Shown here in pieces: positions 47,673 through 57,857 of a stretch of DNA of 64,000 nucleotides. The position numbers and the translations under genes were made by a program. Source of the stretch: a virus (lineage: Duplodnaviria > Heunggongvirae > Uroviricota > Caudoviricetes). Under the pieces are notes generated by a model. The model ran no database searches. It was not told the DNA's origin and saw nothing but the letters and a program-made list of their open reading frames with translations. Location: IMG/VR virus record IMGVR_UViG_3300037418_002962, positions 26,650 through 90,649 of that record; one strand, 5' to 3'. Each line of letters begins with the position of its first letter. Positions within the stretch are counted from its first letter, which is position 1.

Positions 47673-48342
47673 AGAATTAGTTGAGAAAACAGAAGAACAT
47701 GAATTAGGATTTCCAGATTCTTCAATTCTTATTACCAGAAATTTTATAAATCATAAAGAATTATTAAATCATGGAAATAAACTTCATAAAGCTAAGAAAT
47801 TAAATCAAAGAGAAACAGCAGTTGTTGACGAATATACTGGTGGTCTTTATAGAAACTTAAATGCACATCATAGAGGAAATGAAGAATTATCGCCTAGACA
47901 TGGAAATTATGATACTATTCCTGATTATCTTAATAAAAAAACAGAGCATCTGGATTCTGCAATAGCCAAACATAAAACAGAGCATCCAATTCATGTTTGG
48001 AGAGGAATTAAACATAAAATTGAAGCCAATCCTGGAGATACTTTCCATGATAAAGGATTTGTAAGCACTTCAATAAATCCTATTGTAACTGATAGTTTTG
48101 GTGGTTCTGCTAATGAGTTCCATGGTGGAACTCATGTTCTGCATATCAAAATTCCTAAAGGATCTAAGGCATTATATCCTAATAAGTATCCAGATACAAA
48201 TCCAAATTCTGGAGAACATGAAGTAATTCTACCAAGGAACTCTAAGTTCCGATACGAAGGTTCAGAAGAACATAAAGGAACAACAAATTATGGAACAAAG
48301 CTTAAATATATTGTTCATCACTTGACACATTTACCAGAATAG
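47659..48342 (+). CDS. ADP-ribosyltransferase paralog 3
   Basis: HVWRG, GFVSTS, EHEVILPRN. Confidence 0.93.
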   Translation: MKTFKELVEKTEEHELGFPDSSILITRNFINHKELLNHGNKLHKAKKLNQRETAVVDEYTGGLYRNLNAHHRGNEELSPRHGNYDTIPDYLNKKTEHLDSAIAKHKTEHPIHVWRGIKHKIEANPGDTFHDKGFVSTSINPIVTDSFGGSANEFHGGTHVLHIKIPKGSKALYPNKYPDTNPNSGEHEVILPRNSKFRYEGSEEHKGTTNYGTKLKYIVHHLTHLPE

Positions 48343-48351
48343 GAGTATATA

Positions 48352-48843
48352 ATGAAAACTTTTAAACATTTTATTGCAGAGCGTCAAACCAATATGCAGA
48401 CACTTTATATTCATAGGCCCTTGAAAAATGCCGAGGAATTTTGCAACCATTTCAAAAATCATGGAATGGAAACAATACATCCTGATGATATCCATGTGAC
48501 ACAGTGTTATAGCAAGACTCCCCTAGACTGGAATAGAATTAAACCATTGGAAGATGATCTTAAGGTTACTGAGGGAGAACGGGAAATGGCTGCTTTCGGT
48601 AAGGAAGGCAAGGCTATCGTGCTTAAGTTCACTTCACCAGAATTGATTGCTAGACATAATGAATTGATGGCTCATGGTGCTTCACATGACTTTGATAAAT
48701 ACGAAAGCCATTGTACAATCACTTATAACGGCTTAAACGGAAATCGGAAGATTGAAGAAATTACACCTTTCCAGGGAACATTGTTTTTTGGGGCGGAAAT
48801 CCATACACCAGTTAATGATTCTTGGGAACCTAAGAAAACTTAA
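48352..48843 (+). CDS. 2H phosphodiesterase, T4 57B/Acb1-like
   Basis: Two HxT motifs (IHVTQCYS, SHCTITY); HDFDKY; LFFGAE. Confidence 0.8.
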   Translation: MKTFKHFIAERQTNMQTLYIHRPLKNAEEFCNHFKNHGMETIHPDDIHVTQCYSKTPLDWNRIKPLEDDLKVTEGEREMAAFGKEGKAIVLKFTSPELIARHNELMAHGASHDFDKYESHCTITYNGLNGNRKIEEITPFQGTLFFGAEIHTPVNDSWEPKKT

Positions 48844-49499
48844 TGTAATTCTGGATAGGCATATCTAATTCTAAATCCTTTATGTTGCTTTTGAGCGCCT
48901 TCCAAAATATGGGAAAAAGCTCTATAAGATAAATTATATTGTTTACAAAAATCATTCAATGATGTTATTAATTCTTCATGTTGATCTGGAAAAATTATAA
49001 TATAATGGCTTTTCAGATTTTTACTACGAGAGTTTTTATATTTCAATATTTGTTCATCAGAGACATTATGCCCCATTAAAGAATTTGATAGTTTTTCTCT
49101 GGTTTCAATAGAAGTTGGTCTTCCTCTTAAGGATTTTGAAAGTTTCTCTTTATGCCCATCTGTTAAAACTCTTCCGGTAGTATCAGGAGCTTTTATCCCT
49201 CCTTTTTCTAAATTCCATCCAATATTTTTATTAGGTCTTAATTTATTTTCTATTTTATAACAATAATCTTCTTTTGATATCAATACAATATCCCAAATAA
49301 GATTTCTTATATCATATAAGTCACATGCATTTTGTAAATGTTTATTTTCATGCTTATTTTTAAGCAGTTTATTTTTATGTCTTCTAGCTCTATCTTTAAA
49401 TTTTGTTGATACACCAATATATCCTTGATTAAATATATCCGTATGTTCTTTTAAATGAATCCAATAAACAACTGCTTCTTTTTCATAAATATCATTCAT
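48840..49499 (-). mobile_element. GIY-YIG homing endonuclease
   Basis: VVYWIH...GYIGVS..R..RH; NUMOD3-like segments. Confidence 0.85.
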
Positions 49500-49587
49500 A
49501 AGCTGATTCTCCTTATCAGAATTAGATCTAGTGGGAACTCCAATTCCGCGACTAGAATATAATTCTATTTATGGGAGAACTTAAATT

Positions 49588-49725
49588 ATGAATAAAACAA
49601 CTTTGATGACTACAGCATCTATTCTTGGCATCTTTGTAGGACTTGACTATTCTTCAATTTTTAATATGAATTGGGAACAAAATTCAATTAAGTTTATCAC
49701 AGAGGTAATTAAGAAAAACTTTTAA
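49588..49725 (+). CDS. Small hydrophobic peptide (45 aa, not in the ORF track)
   Basis: GGAG RBS; MNKTTLMTTASILGIFVGL...; stop abuts the ART4 start. Confidence 0.4.
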   Translation: MNKTTLMTTASILGIFVGLDYSSIFNMNWEQNSIKFITEVIKKNF

Positions 49726-50346
49726 ATGAAATCATTCAGGCAACTTCTAGAAAACAATGAAAAATGGATAGGTACCGATAAGCACAATGTCTCAACTACC
49801 TCAGAAGACATTAAGGAATTTCCACATATTCATAAGCCTGTTGAGTTAAGCACAGATGAAAAAATGGCTCTGAAGTCTTATGCAGGTTCTAAGCATGAAC
49901 CTATTAATAGACTTCTAAGGGGAATGCCACAGCTTCATGAGCACGATAAAATATATGCTGAAAATTATGCTCCTGTCGATATCAAAGATCTGAAGTCTGC
50001 ACTTTCGAGACACACAACAGAACATCATGCCCATGTCTGGAGAGGAATAAGCAATAAAGGTGCTACAAGCCTTGACTTACATAATATGGAACCTGGAACT
50101 ATACTTCATGATAAAGGGTTCGTTTCTACTTCATTGGCTCCAGTAGTTGCAAGAGATTTCTCAGGAAATCATGTTTTTCATATTAAATTGCCAAAGGGAA
50201 GTAAAGCACTTTACAGAAATCATTATAATTTTGCAAGTGGAGAACACGAAGTAATTCTTCCACCAGATTCAAAGTTCCGTTACCTTGGTAAGGAAGAAAT
50301 GCCATCTGGTAGAGTAATTCATAGAATGGAGCATATACCAGAATGA
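49726..50346 (+). CDS. ADP-ribosyltransferase paralog 4
   Basis: HVWRG, GFVSTS, EHEVILPPD. Confidence 0.93.
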   Translation: MKSFRQLLENNEKWIGTDKHNVSTTSEDIKEFPHIHKPVELSTDEKMALKSYAGSKHEPINRLLRGMPQLHEHDKIYAENYAPVDIKDLKSALSRHTTEHHAHVWRGISNKGATSLDLHNMEPGTILHDKGFVSTSLAPVVARDFSGNHVFHIKLPKGSKALYRNHYNFASGEHEVILPPDSKFRYLGKEEMPSGRVIHRMEHIPE

Positions 50347-50951
50347 AAACTTTCAAGCAACTTATAGAAAATGAAGAAGAATGGCTAGGAACTGATAATC
50401 ATAATACACATATTACAAGTATAGCAAAAGATAATCTATTAAAAATTCATCCGAAGCATGATTTAGAAGATCTAGAGCATGAATCAATGCATCATTATTC
50501 AGAATATGGATATATTCCTATGAATGAATCTTTAAGAAATGAAACAAGTGGTCCTGATGATTTGGCTATTCATCATTTGAATAATGCAATAAACAAACAT
50601 ACTACGGAACATCATGCCCATCTCTGGAGAGGCATTTCAAGTAAAGCTAAAGATTTATTTAATAATGTCAATCCAGGAGATATCTTCCATGATAAAGGAT
50701 TTGTAAGTACTACTTTCAATCCAACACTTGCATCTATCTTTGGTCACACTGGATCTCTCATCCATATTAAAGTTCCTAAAGGTAGTAAAGCATTATATAG
50801 AGATCATTATCATAAGAATGCTTCTGAACGTGAAGTAATTCTACCAAAGAATTCTAAATTTCGTTATGAGGGGCATGAGGTTGTTAAAGATAAACAAGGA
50901 GTGCCAATTAAATTACATCATCTTACGCATATTCCAGAGGGGCATGAATAA
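50343..50951 (+). CDS. ADP-ribosyltransferase paralog 5
   Basis: HLWRG, GFVSTT, EREVILPKN. Confidence 0.93.
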   Translation: MKTFKQLIENEEEWLGTDNHNTHITSIAKDNLLKIHPKHDLEDLEHESMHHYSEYGYIPMNESLRNETSGPDDLAIHHLNNAINKHTTEHHAHLWRGISSKAKDLFNNVNPGDIFHDKGFVSTTFNPTLASIFGHTGSLIHIKVPKGSKALYRDHYHKNASEREVILPKNSKFRYEGHEVVKDKQGVPIKLHHLTHIPEGHE

Positions 50952-52198
50952 TGAGTGATTCGTATGAGGCTGGTGACGTAACCATAAATTCTATACAACT
51001 TACTTCCTTGTCTTCAAACAATTCTGTAAATATACTTCCTCAAACGGCAGTTATTTCAATTTGGGAAGATATACTTAGCCCCTTTTTGTACTGTGAAGTA
51101 GGAATGACGGATGCTGTTGGCCTGCTGCAATCGTTCCCAATAATTGGTGATGAAATTTTAACAATAGATTTTGAAACTCCAGGACGTGAAAATTATACTG
51201 CCAATCTTCATGTTTATTCTGTATCTGATGTAGTATTTTCGGATAATCACAGCAAAGCTGGTTATACATTGCAGTGTGTCTCACCAGAAAAAATGATGGA
51301 TGCACAAGTACAAATACAGAAAGGCTATAATACTACAATTGACCAAATTGTCCAAGATATTATTACGAATTCTTTAAAATCTCAAAATAAATTATTCTAT
51401 GAACCTACAAAAGGAACTCAACAGATAGTATTTCCTTACACAACTCCATTTGAATCTATTGAAATGTTGAGAACAAGAGCTTGTTCTACAAAAAATAAAT
51501 CCTCTTCTTATTTGTTCTTTCAAAACAAGCACGGTTATAATTTTTCGACTTTGGAAGATATTTTTCTACAGAATGCAAATAATGTTGGTGATAAGATATT
51601 TACCAAATATAATGCTTTGGCTTCTGACTTCCAGACTCCATTAGAATTCAGAAATATTATTGATTATACTCATGGGAAACAATTTGATATTCGTGGAAGT
51701 ATTAATATTGGTGCTTTAAATAATGTTCACCAAAAATTTGATATCATGACAAAAACCTTCACTGAAAATAGCTATACCATAAACCAATTCGGACAGTTTT
51801 CCAGTCCTGACAAATCTGGTGCAACTTCTCCATTTACACAGGCAATTATTGATAAGTATGGTAAAGATCCTGCAGTAAAATATTTCTCTGTTCATGATTC
51901 TGCCAAACCTGATACATTTATACACGACTTTTTTCCAGCCAAGATAGGGTTTACTTCAGTTCATCTGAATGCATCCATGAATATTTTCGTGAATGGTGAT
52001 AGCTCTATTAGTTGTAGTGATGCGATTGAAATTGAATTACCACAGGTTGATGGTATGACGAAAACAACTATTGAACCTGCTCCCTTGGTTCCTGGTATTT
52101 ACATTGTTAAGGAATGCAGGCATATCATTACGATTACGAATTTAAAGGCAAAGCACAGTCTTGCTTTAGGTCTTTTAAGAGGCACATACCAAAATTAA
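50951..52198 (+). CDS. Baseplate hub protein (gp27/gpD-like)
   Basis: IWEDILSPF..DAVGL...PIIGDE, YLFFQN..GYNF; position between gp53 and gp5. Confidence 0.65.
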   Translation: MSDSYEAGDVTINSIQLTSLSSNNSVNILPQTAVISIWEDILSPFLYCEVGMTDAVGLLQSFPIIGDEILTIDFETPGRENYTANLHVYSVSDVVFSDNHSKAGYTLQCVSPEKMMDAQVQIQKGYNTTIDQIVQDIITNSLKSQNKLFYEPTKGTQQIVFPYTTPFESIEMLRTRACSTKNKSSSYLFFQNKHGYNFSTLEDIFLQNANNVGDKIFTKYNALASDFQTPLEFRNIIDYTHGKQFDIRGSINIGALNNVHQKFDIMTKTFTENSYTINQFGQFSSPDKSGATSPFTQAIIDKYGKDPAVKYFSVHDSAKPDTFIHDFFPAKIGFTSVHLNASMNIFVNGDSSISCSDAIEIELPQVDGMTKTTIEPAPLVPGIYIVKECRHIITITNLKAKHSLALGLLRGTYQN

Positions 52199-52200
52199 AT

Positions 52201-52216
52201 GTGCTCTTAAGAGCAC
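52201..52216. terminator. Hairpin between convergent genes
   Basis: GTGCTC-ttaa-GAGCAC flanked by A/T tracts. Confidence 0.5.
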
Positions 52217-52252
52217 AAATTTAGTATTGTTAGTGTTGTCGTAGTATAGCTA

Positions 52253-53047
52253 CTATACTTCGGACATTTTCAAATCTTGATAAAAATAAGTACTAGAAGG
52301 AATAATATTAGTTTTCATTTTATATCCTTTATAATGCATTCTAGATCCTTTTGCTACTTTTCTCATACCAGATTCATTAAGGTTGTTTTTCTTACAATAA
52401 TTATTTAAATCGGTTGTATAAATCAAATCTCCATCAGGATTTATAATTTCAAATAAAGTTACTTCAGGAAGAACAAATGGCTGCGAGTTATCGTCATAAC
52501 AAAATAACTTATATCCTTTATAGTGTTTTGAATTATTAATCGTGTTTACTGTATCTTCTACAGATAAATTAAGTTCATAGCAAGAAGCTTTTAAATTTTT
52601 TATTATATAAGGAGTTTTCGTAGGTATATAAATTAAAATAAAATTTTTCTTTAGATCTATATAATTTCGGGTTATTATAGAGATTTTATTTTTAGTTTCC
52701 TTTGAATGCTTATAATCAGTAGTAATAGGTGGCCTATTTCCTCCAGGTTCAATATTCCAGCCAATTCTTTTTTCAGGTCTTAACTTCCTCTCTACTTCAT
52801 AACAATAATCTTCAGTTCCAATTAATACAGTATCAAATATTAAATTTTTTAATCCATATAAATTATATGCATTTTGAAAATGAGAATTTTCATGTTTATT
52901 TCGTTTTAAATAATACTTATGAGTTTTCCATCTTTCTCTATAATTCGTAGAAACTCCTACATATCCTTCAGTAAATATATCGGTATGTTCTTCTAAATGT
53001 ATCCAATAAACAATTGCCTTTTTATCTGTAAATATAATATACCTCAA
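52253..53047 (-). mobile_element. GIY-YIG homing endonuclease (close relative of 48840..49499)
   Basis: IVYWIHLEEHTDIFTEGYVGVS; TATAAATA upstream at 53066-53073 (-). Confidence 0.85.
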
Positions 53048-53078
53048 TAAAAATTTCTATTCAGGTATTTATAAAATA

Positions 53079-53277
53079 ATCGGCCAAATGATCGGCCAAA
53101 TGGCATTTTTCTTAAAAATATCAATAAGTTATTTTCAAAAATCGGCGGCCAAAAGATCGGCCAAAAATCAATGTTATATGATGTCCAGTTAAATGTCCAC
53201 TTCAAAAACGGTCATTTCTATTTTAAATTCAACAGATTACTTAAAAATCCTTCAGGAAATGTCCGGTTAAATGTCCT
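53079..53277. repeat. Four pairs of short direct repeats with IHF-consensus sites between them
   Basis: ATCGGCCAAATG x2, GGCCAAAA pair, ATGTCC(A/G)GTTAA-ATGTCC x2; TATCAATAAGTTA at 53119. Confidence 0.85.
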
Positions 53278-53370
53278 TTTACTTTCCAACCTTTCCGTAC
53301 CTGAAGTACGCAAAAGTCGTATTCCATTATTTCCATAAATATTCTATACTATTTTTGCGTGGGAGATTTA

Positions 53371-54060
53371 ATGAAATCCTTTAAAGAAATGCTAACAGAA
53401 TCTGAAAAAATTGTCAAAGGCACTGCAAATCATCTTGACAATAGTATTGACGATCATGTGTATAATGATACAGAACTTCCTGAACACTTCAAGGATATTC
53501 AGAATAAAAAAGAACTTTCTGATAATCACATTAATGCTTTACGTAAGTATGCAACATCCTATGGTTCCAAGGCAATCAATGGTATTGCCAGAAGCAATCA
53601 TAATCCTCATGAAGACATAATTGATAATGATGAAGTAAAAGCTCATACAAGAAATCTGGACAGTCTAATTAATTATTCAAGGCTTAACCATGATACCCAT
53701 GTCTGGAGAGGGATTTCACCAGAGGCTAAAAGAGCTTTAAAACTTGGTAAAAATACAATAGTCCATGATAAAGGATTTGTTTCTACTTCTCTTAATCCTA
53801 GAATGGCTATTCATGCAGCAACTGGTTGGCATTCTCCTGATGGTAGAAATAATCATCATGTTATGCATATCCATCTTCCAAAAGGAACCAAAGGAATTCA
53901 TCTGCCTACTCATGGAAGTTTTTCCGGTAGAACAGAGGCAGAGATATTACTTCCAAGACACTCGAAATTCCGTTATCTTGGTTCAGACAAAGCAAAATCA
54001 AAAGATGGTCATAAGATTACTATCCATCATCTAGAACATATTCCGGGAGAAGAATGGTGA
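53371..54060 (+). CDS. ADP-ribosyltransferase paralog 6
   Basis: HVWRG, GFVSTS, EAEILLPRH; CATAAATA at 53334. Confidence 0.93.
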   Translation: MKSFKEMLTESEKIVKGTANHLDNSIDDHVYNDTELPEHFKDIQNKKELSDNHINALRKYATSYGSKAINGIARSNHNPHEDIIDNDEVKAHTRNLDSLINYSRLNHDTHVWRGISPEAKRALKLGKNTIVHDKGFVSTSLNPRMAIHAATGWHSPDGRNNHHVMHIHLPKGTKGIHLPTHGSFSGRTEAEILLPRHSKFRYLGSDKAKSKDGHKITIHHLEHIPGEEW

Positions 54061-54896
54061 AGAGATTCAAATCATTTCTTAATGAAGACTTTGAACAATA
54101 TTTAAACAAAGCTGGTGATCGATTCACCTGGAATCCTGATGATATTACGATAGGCCAATATAATCAAGTAGAGGAAAGTATTTTGGAAACTCATGAAGAA
54201 TGGCTAGGAACTGATGACCCTCTTGAAGGTAATGGGAAACTTTTTTATGAAATTAAAGATAACAATCATAAGCATATAGAAAACACTAAGGGTCTTTATG
54301 CTCCTTCAAAATACGGTCCAACAACTTCTGCTATAGAGGCAATGGATCATTATTTGGGTTCTGGACATAGACAAATGAATCATCTTGCCAGACACGGAGA
54401 AGTTCCAGATGACTATTCTGGTAGAGTTCCAAGAGAAAAGCTAGAAGAATATAATAAACATCTTCAGAATGCAATAATGATGCATTCTACCTTAAACCCT
54501 ATCCATGTCTGGAGAGGATTTGGAAATTACGGTAGAAATTTTAATTTTAATTCAGGAGATACTTTCCATGACAAAGGTTTTGTTTCTACCTCTACTCACC
54601 CAAGGATAGCCAAGTTATTTGCCAGAAATTATGACCCTGATACTGCAGAATTACTTAAAGAACCGATTCATATTGCTCATATAAAACTTCCTGTTGGTAG
54701 CAATGTTATTCATCCATTAAGCCACCACAATCATTCACCAATTGGAGAAAATGAAATAATTCTTCCAAGAAATTCTCATTTTAAATATGAAGGAAATACA
54801 GAACATACAGAGGCTTCTTCAGAATTACATAGAAATCCAACAGGAAGATTAATTGTTCACCATCTTACACATATTCCGGGAATGGGAGAGAAATAA
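54054..54896 (+). CDS. ADP-ribosyltransferase paralog 7
   Basis: HVWRG, GFVSTS, ENEIILPRN. Confidence 0.93.
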   Translation: MVKRFKSFLNEDFEQYLNKAGDRFTWNPDDITIGQYNQVEESILETHEEWLGTDDPLEGNGKLFYEIKDNNHKHIENTKGLYAPSKYGPTTSAIEAMDHYLGSGHRQMNHLARHGEVPDDYSGRVPREKLEEYNKHLQNAIMMHSTLNPIHVWRGFGNYGRNFNFNSGDTFHDKGFVSTSTHPRIAKLFARNYDPDTAELLKEPIHIAHIKLPVGSNVIHPLSHHNHSPIGENEIILPRNSHFKYEGNTEHTEASSELHRNPTGRLIVHHLTHIPGMGEK

Positions 54897-55627
54897 TGAA
54901 GAGCTTTAAAAATTACCTATCAGAAGACTTAGATAACAGTGGAAAGTATCATTGGGATGAATCTAATATTCCCGATTACGGATCAGATGCCGTGGGAGGC
55001 TCAGGTCTCTGGGAAGAAGAACAATTTAACGGAATTGATGATTATGATGATCCTACAATTCATCATGAAAACGCCCCAACAACTAAGGCAGAAGTCACGG
55101 ATGATGAAGGTAATTCTGCTGCTTATTATGGATTTATTGGGCATAAGAAAATCAATGATAGACTTAGAGGTAAGCTACAGTTATTCAAAGATCCTGACCA
55201 TGATGAGCATGTGAAGAATCTGGATTCCTTTATTAATAAGCATGAAGTCATAAAAAATACTCATGTATGGAGAGGAATTACAAATAAAGCTGCAAAGAAA
55301 CTTGGCCTAGGTAATGGGAAGAATCATATCCTAACTGATAGAGGATTTATGTCTACTTCCATGGACCCTGAAGTTGCCAGAGCATTTTCTGATGGCATTG
55401 AGAAATCAGACTCTCTGAAATCTGACCATCTTATTCATATCGTGGTTCCTAAAGGAAGTAAAGGAGTCTATATGAATCATCATATCGAAGATCATCCTGA
55501 AGAACACGAAGTATTGCTTCCAAGAAATTCAAGACTTAAGTATTCACATTCAACAGAAGATAAGGATGGCCTGATTAAGGTCCATCACTATGAGTATCTT
55601 CCACCAATCGGGAAGACTGGAGCATAA
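54896..55627 (+). CDS. ADP-ribosyltransferase paralog 8
   Basis: HVWRG, GFMSTS, EHEVLLPRN. Confidence 0.93.
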   Translation: MKSFKNYLSEDLDNSGKYHWDESNIPDYGSDAVGGSGLWEEEQFNGIDDYDDPTIHHENAPTTKAEVTDDEGNSAAYYGFIGHKKINDRLRGKLQLFKDPDHDEHVKNLDSFINKHEVIKNTHVWRGITNKAAKKLGLGNGKNHILTDRGFMSTSMDPEVARAFSDGIEKSDSLKSDHLIHIVVPKGSKGVYMNHHIEDHPEEHEVLLPRNSRLKYSHSTEDKDGLIKVHHYEYLPPIGKTGA

Positions 55628-55629
55628 TT

Positions 55630-56436
55630 TTGAAGAAGTTTAAAGAATATGCCAAATTAGTTAAAAATCTACCTCCAAAATATTGGGATGGTGATGATGA
55701 ATCAACTAAGAAAAAACCAGTAATAAAAGAACAAGCAACCTATGAAGGCACTAAGGACCATACTTATGAGCCACAGAATGATCTGAAATGGGCATCTGTT
55801 CATAATACACCTTATCTTACTCCAGAAGAAAAGCATAGCGTAAAAACATATGCAGCAGGCAGTGATTGGAAAACAAATATTGAAACTAATCCTCAAAGGG
55901 CACCCTACAGAACTATAAACGATCATCTAAGATTCAATAATATTAAACCAGAGCATGAAGAAATTGTTAACAACCATGTAAAGAATCTGGATTCTGCAAT
56001 CGATAAGCATACTACTCATACAGATTTGCATGTCTGGAGAGGCTTGGCAGGTTATGCCCAAAATTCTGGACCACATGATGAATTTACTTCCCTAACCCCT
56101 GGAGATACTTTTCATGATAAAGGATTTACTTCCACTTCTTTTAGGCCAATAACTGCAAGAGGATTTGGAATGGAATTTAAAAGCTTTCCTGATGGTACAG
56201 AAGAAGCGCATGAACACCTTGCCCATATTCATGTTCCGTCTGGGCATAAGGCATTATATCTTCAGCATCATGATTTAGGTAATGGATACGAACACGAAGT
56301 ATTACTTCCCAGAAATGCTAAGTTTAAATATATGGGGAAAGAAACTCACGAAAAAGTAAATGATTATAGGCCAACTTCAAAAAATATTACCCATATTCAT
56401 CACTTACAATACATAGGGAAACATGAAGAGACTTAA
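55630..56436 (+). CDS. ADP-ribosyltransferase paralog 9
   Basis: HVWRG, GFTSTS, EHEVLLPRN; TTG start. Confidence 0.92.
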   Translation: MKKFKEYAKLVKNLPPKYWDGDDESTKKKPVIKEQATYEGTKDHTYEPQNDLKWASVHNTPYLTPEEKHSVKTYAAGSDWKTNIETNPQRAPYRTINDHLRFNNIKPEHEEIVNNHVKNLDSAIDKHTTHTDLHVWRGLAGYAQNSGPHDEFTSLTPGDTFHDKGFTSTSFRPITARGFGMEFKSFPDGTEEAHEHLAHIHVPSGHKALYLQHHDLGNGYEHEVLLPRNAKFKYMGKETHEKVNDYRPTSKNITHIHHLQYIGKHEET

Positions 56437-57139
56437 AGAATTTATTGCTGAAAGTAAAGATTATATTGGAACTAAAATTCCTAAAGATAATGTTATAAAA
56501 GATTTACAAAGAATTGAAGGAGATCATGATATGCATGAAAAAAATCTCTTGGATTCTTCAGAACACAATGCTTTAAAGGTTTATATTGGAAGCAGTGATA
56601 ATCATGGAAAACTACATAATAATAATTGGGAAATGCAATTCGAAAGTATTAATAATTATCTAAGGCATGGTGAAAGTAAAGGTGGAATAAAAGAAAATAT
56701 AATGCCTATAATTCATCATCTGGATTCTGGCATTGCGAAACATAAATTAAATCATGAAACCCATGTCTGGAGAGGATTTCTAGGACTTGGAACAGCAGAA
56801 CACGACAAAAAGCACGAAATTGAAAAAATGAAACCGGGAGATACCTTCCATGATAAAGGTTATACTTCCACTTCATTAACTCCAGAATATGCTAAAGAAT
56901 TTGGTACAAGGTATAGATCTTCTTTATATCGTAAAGGAACAATGAAACATATTGCCCATATTACTCTACCAAAAGGCAGTGAAGCTATTCATCCAAATAG
57001 TTATCCTGCCACAGGAATTGGTTACGAACATGAAGTATTACTTCCAAGAAACTCTAAATTTAAATACATTAAAAAATCAAGGCATCCTGGCCTTGTTGTC
57101 CACCATCTAGAATATATGGGCCAGCATGAAGAGACTTAA
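56423..57139 (+). CDS. ADP-ribosyltransferase paralog 10
   Basis: HVWRG, GYTSTS, EHEVLLPRN. Confidence 0.93.
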   Translation: MKRLKEFIAESKDYIGTKIPKDNVIKDLQRIEGDHDMHEKNLLDSSEHNALKVYIGSSDNHGKLHNNNWEMQFESINNYLRHGESKGGIKENIMPIIHHLDSGIAKHKLNHETHVWRGFLGLGTAEHDKKHEIEKMKPGDTFHDKGYTSTSLTPEYAKEFGTRYRSSLYRKGTMKHIAHITLPKGSEAIHPNSYPATGIGYEHEVLLPRNSKFKYIKKSRHPGLVVHHLEYMGQHEET

Positions 57140-57857
57140 AGAATACTTAAACGAAGAAGAAAAAATTCGTGGGACTTCTCAGGTAGAGCCAGATAAAAAG
57201 ATGGGCATTACAGCCTATGGCAAACTTGCCAGTTCTCTCCATGAGCCTAAAGAAATGTCTGGTCATGAAGTTAATCTTCTAGATGCCTATACAGGATACA
57301 ACCATAGTAAATTCAAGGCAGATGGTTTTGCTCTAAGTAATGACTTGAATGGTTATTTAAGATCTGGTGGTGGAGTAATGCACACTAGAATTATTCCAAG
57401 TCTTGATAAGCATGTAAAGAGCTTTGATAGCCTAATCGATAAGCATAAAACAAAACATGCTGTTCATCTCTGGAGAGGAATTACTGATGCTGGTAAAAGT
57501 GACAGCAATGCAACCTTCATGGACAAAATGCAACCTGGAACAGAATTTCATGATAAAGGATTTCTTTCTACTACCATAAGACCAGCAACAGCAGGAAGAT
57601 TTGGCAGATATAGGAGTCATGCTGATTTAATGTCAGGTAAACCATTTAATAAGCATGTTATCCATTTTGTTTTACCAAAAGGAAGTAAGGCACTTTCAGT
57701 TGGGGCATATCCTGATAGAGATACACAAGAACACGAAGTAATTCTTCCAAGGAATTCTAAGTTTCGATATTCCCATAAAGAAGTTTTTCATCATGCAGGA
57801 CAGAACTCAATATATCATATTCATCACTTACAATACTTAGGACAACATAATGAATAG
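57126..57857 (+). CDS. ADP-ribosyltransferase paralog 11
   Basis: HLWRG, GFLSTT, EHEVILPRN. Confidence 0.93.
   Translation: MKRLKEYLNEEEKIRGTSQVEPDKKMGITAYGKLASSLHEPKEMSGHEVNLLDAYTGYNHSKFKADGFALSNDLNGYLRSGGGVMHTRIIPSLDKHVKSFDSLIDKHKTKHAVHLWRGITDAGKSDSNATFMDKMQPGTEFHDKGFLSTTIRPATAGRFGRYRSHADLMSGKPFNKHVIHFVLPKGSKALSVGAYPDRDTQEHEVILPRNSKFRYSHKEVFHHAGQNSIYHIHHLQYLGQHNE

Noticed and set aside
42307-53047. Group I introns hosting the GIY-YIG genes
   Set aside because: The endonucleases lie between intact genes, mostly antisense, with no split host gene or intron core
53079-53277. CRISPR array
   Set aside because: Repeats are about 12 bp, paired and of two families, without unique 30-40 bp spacers; no cas genes
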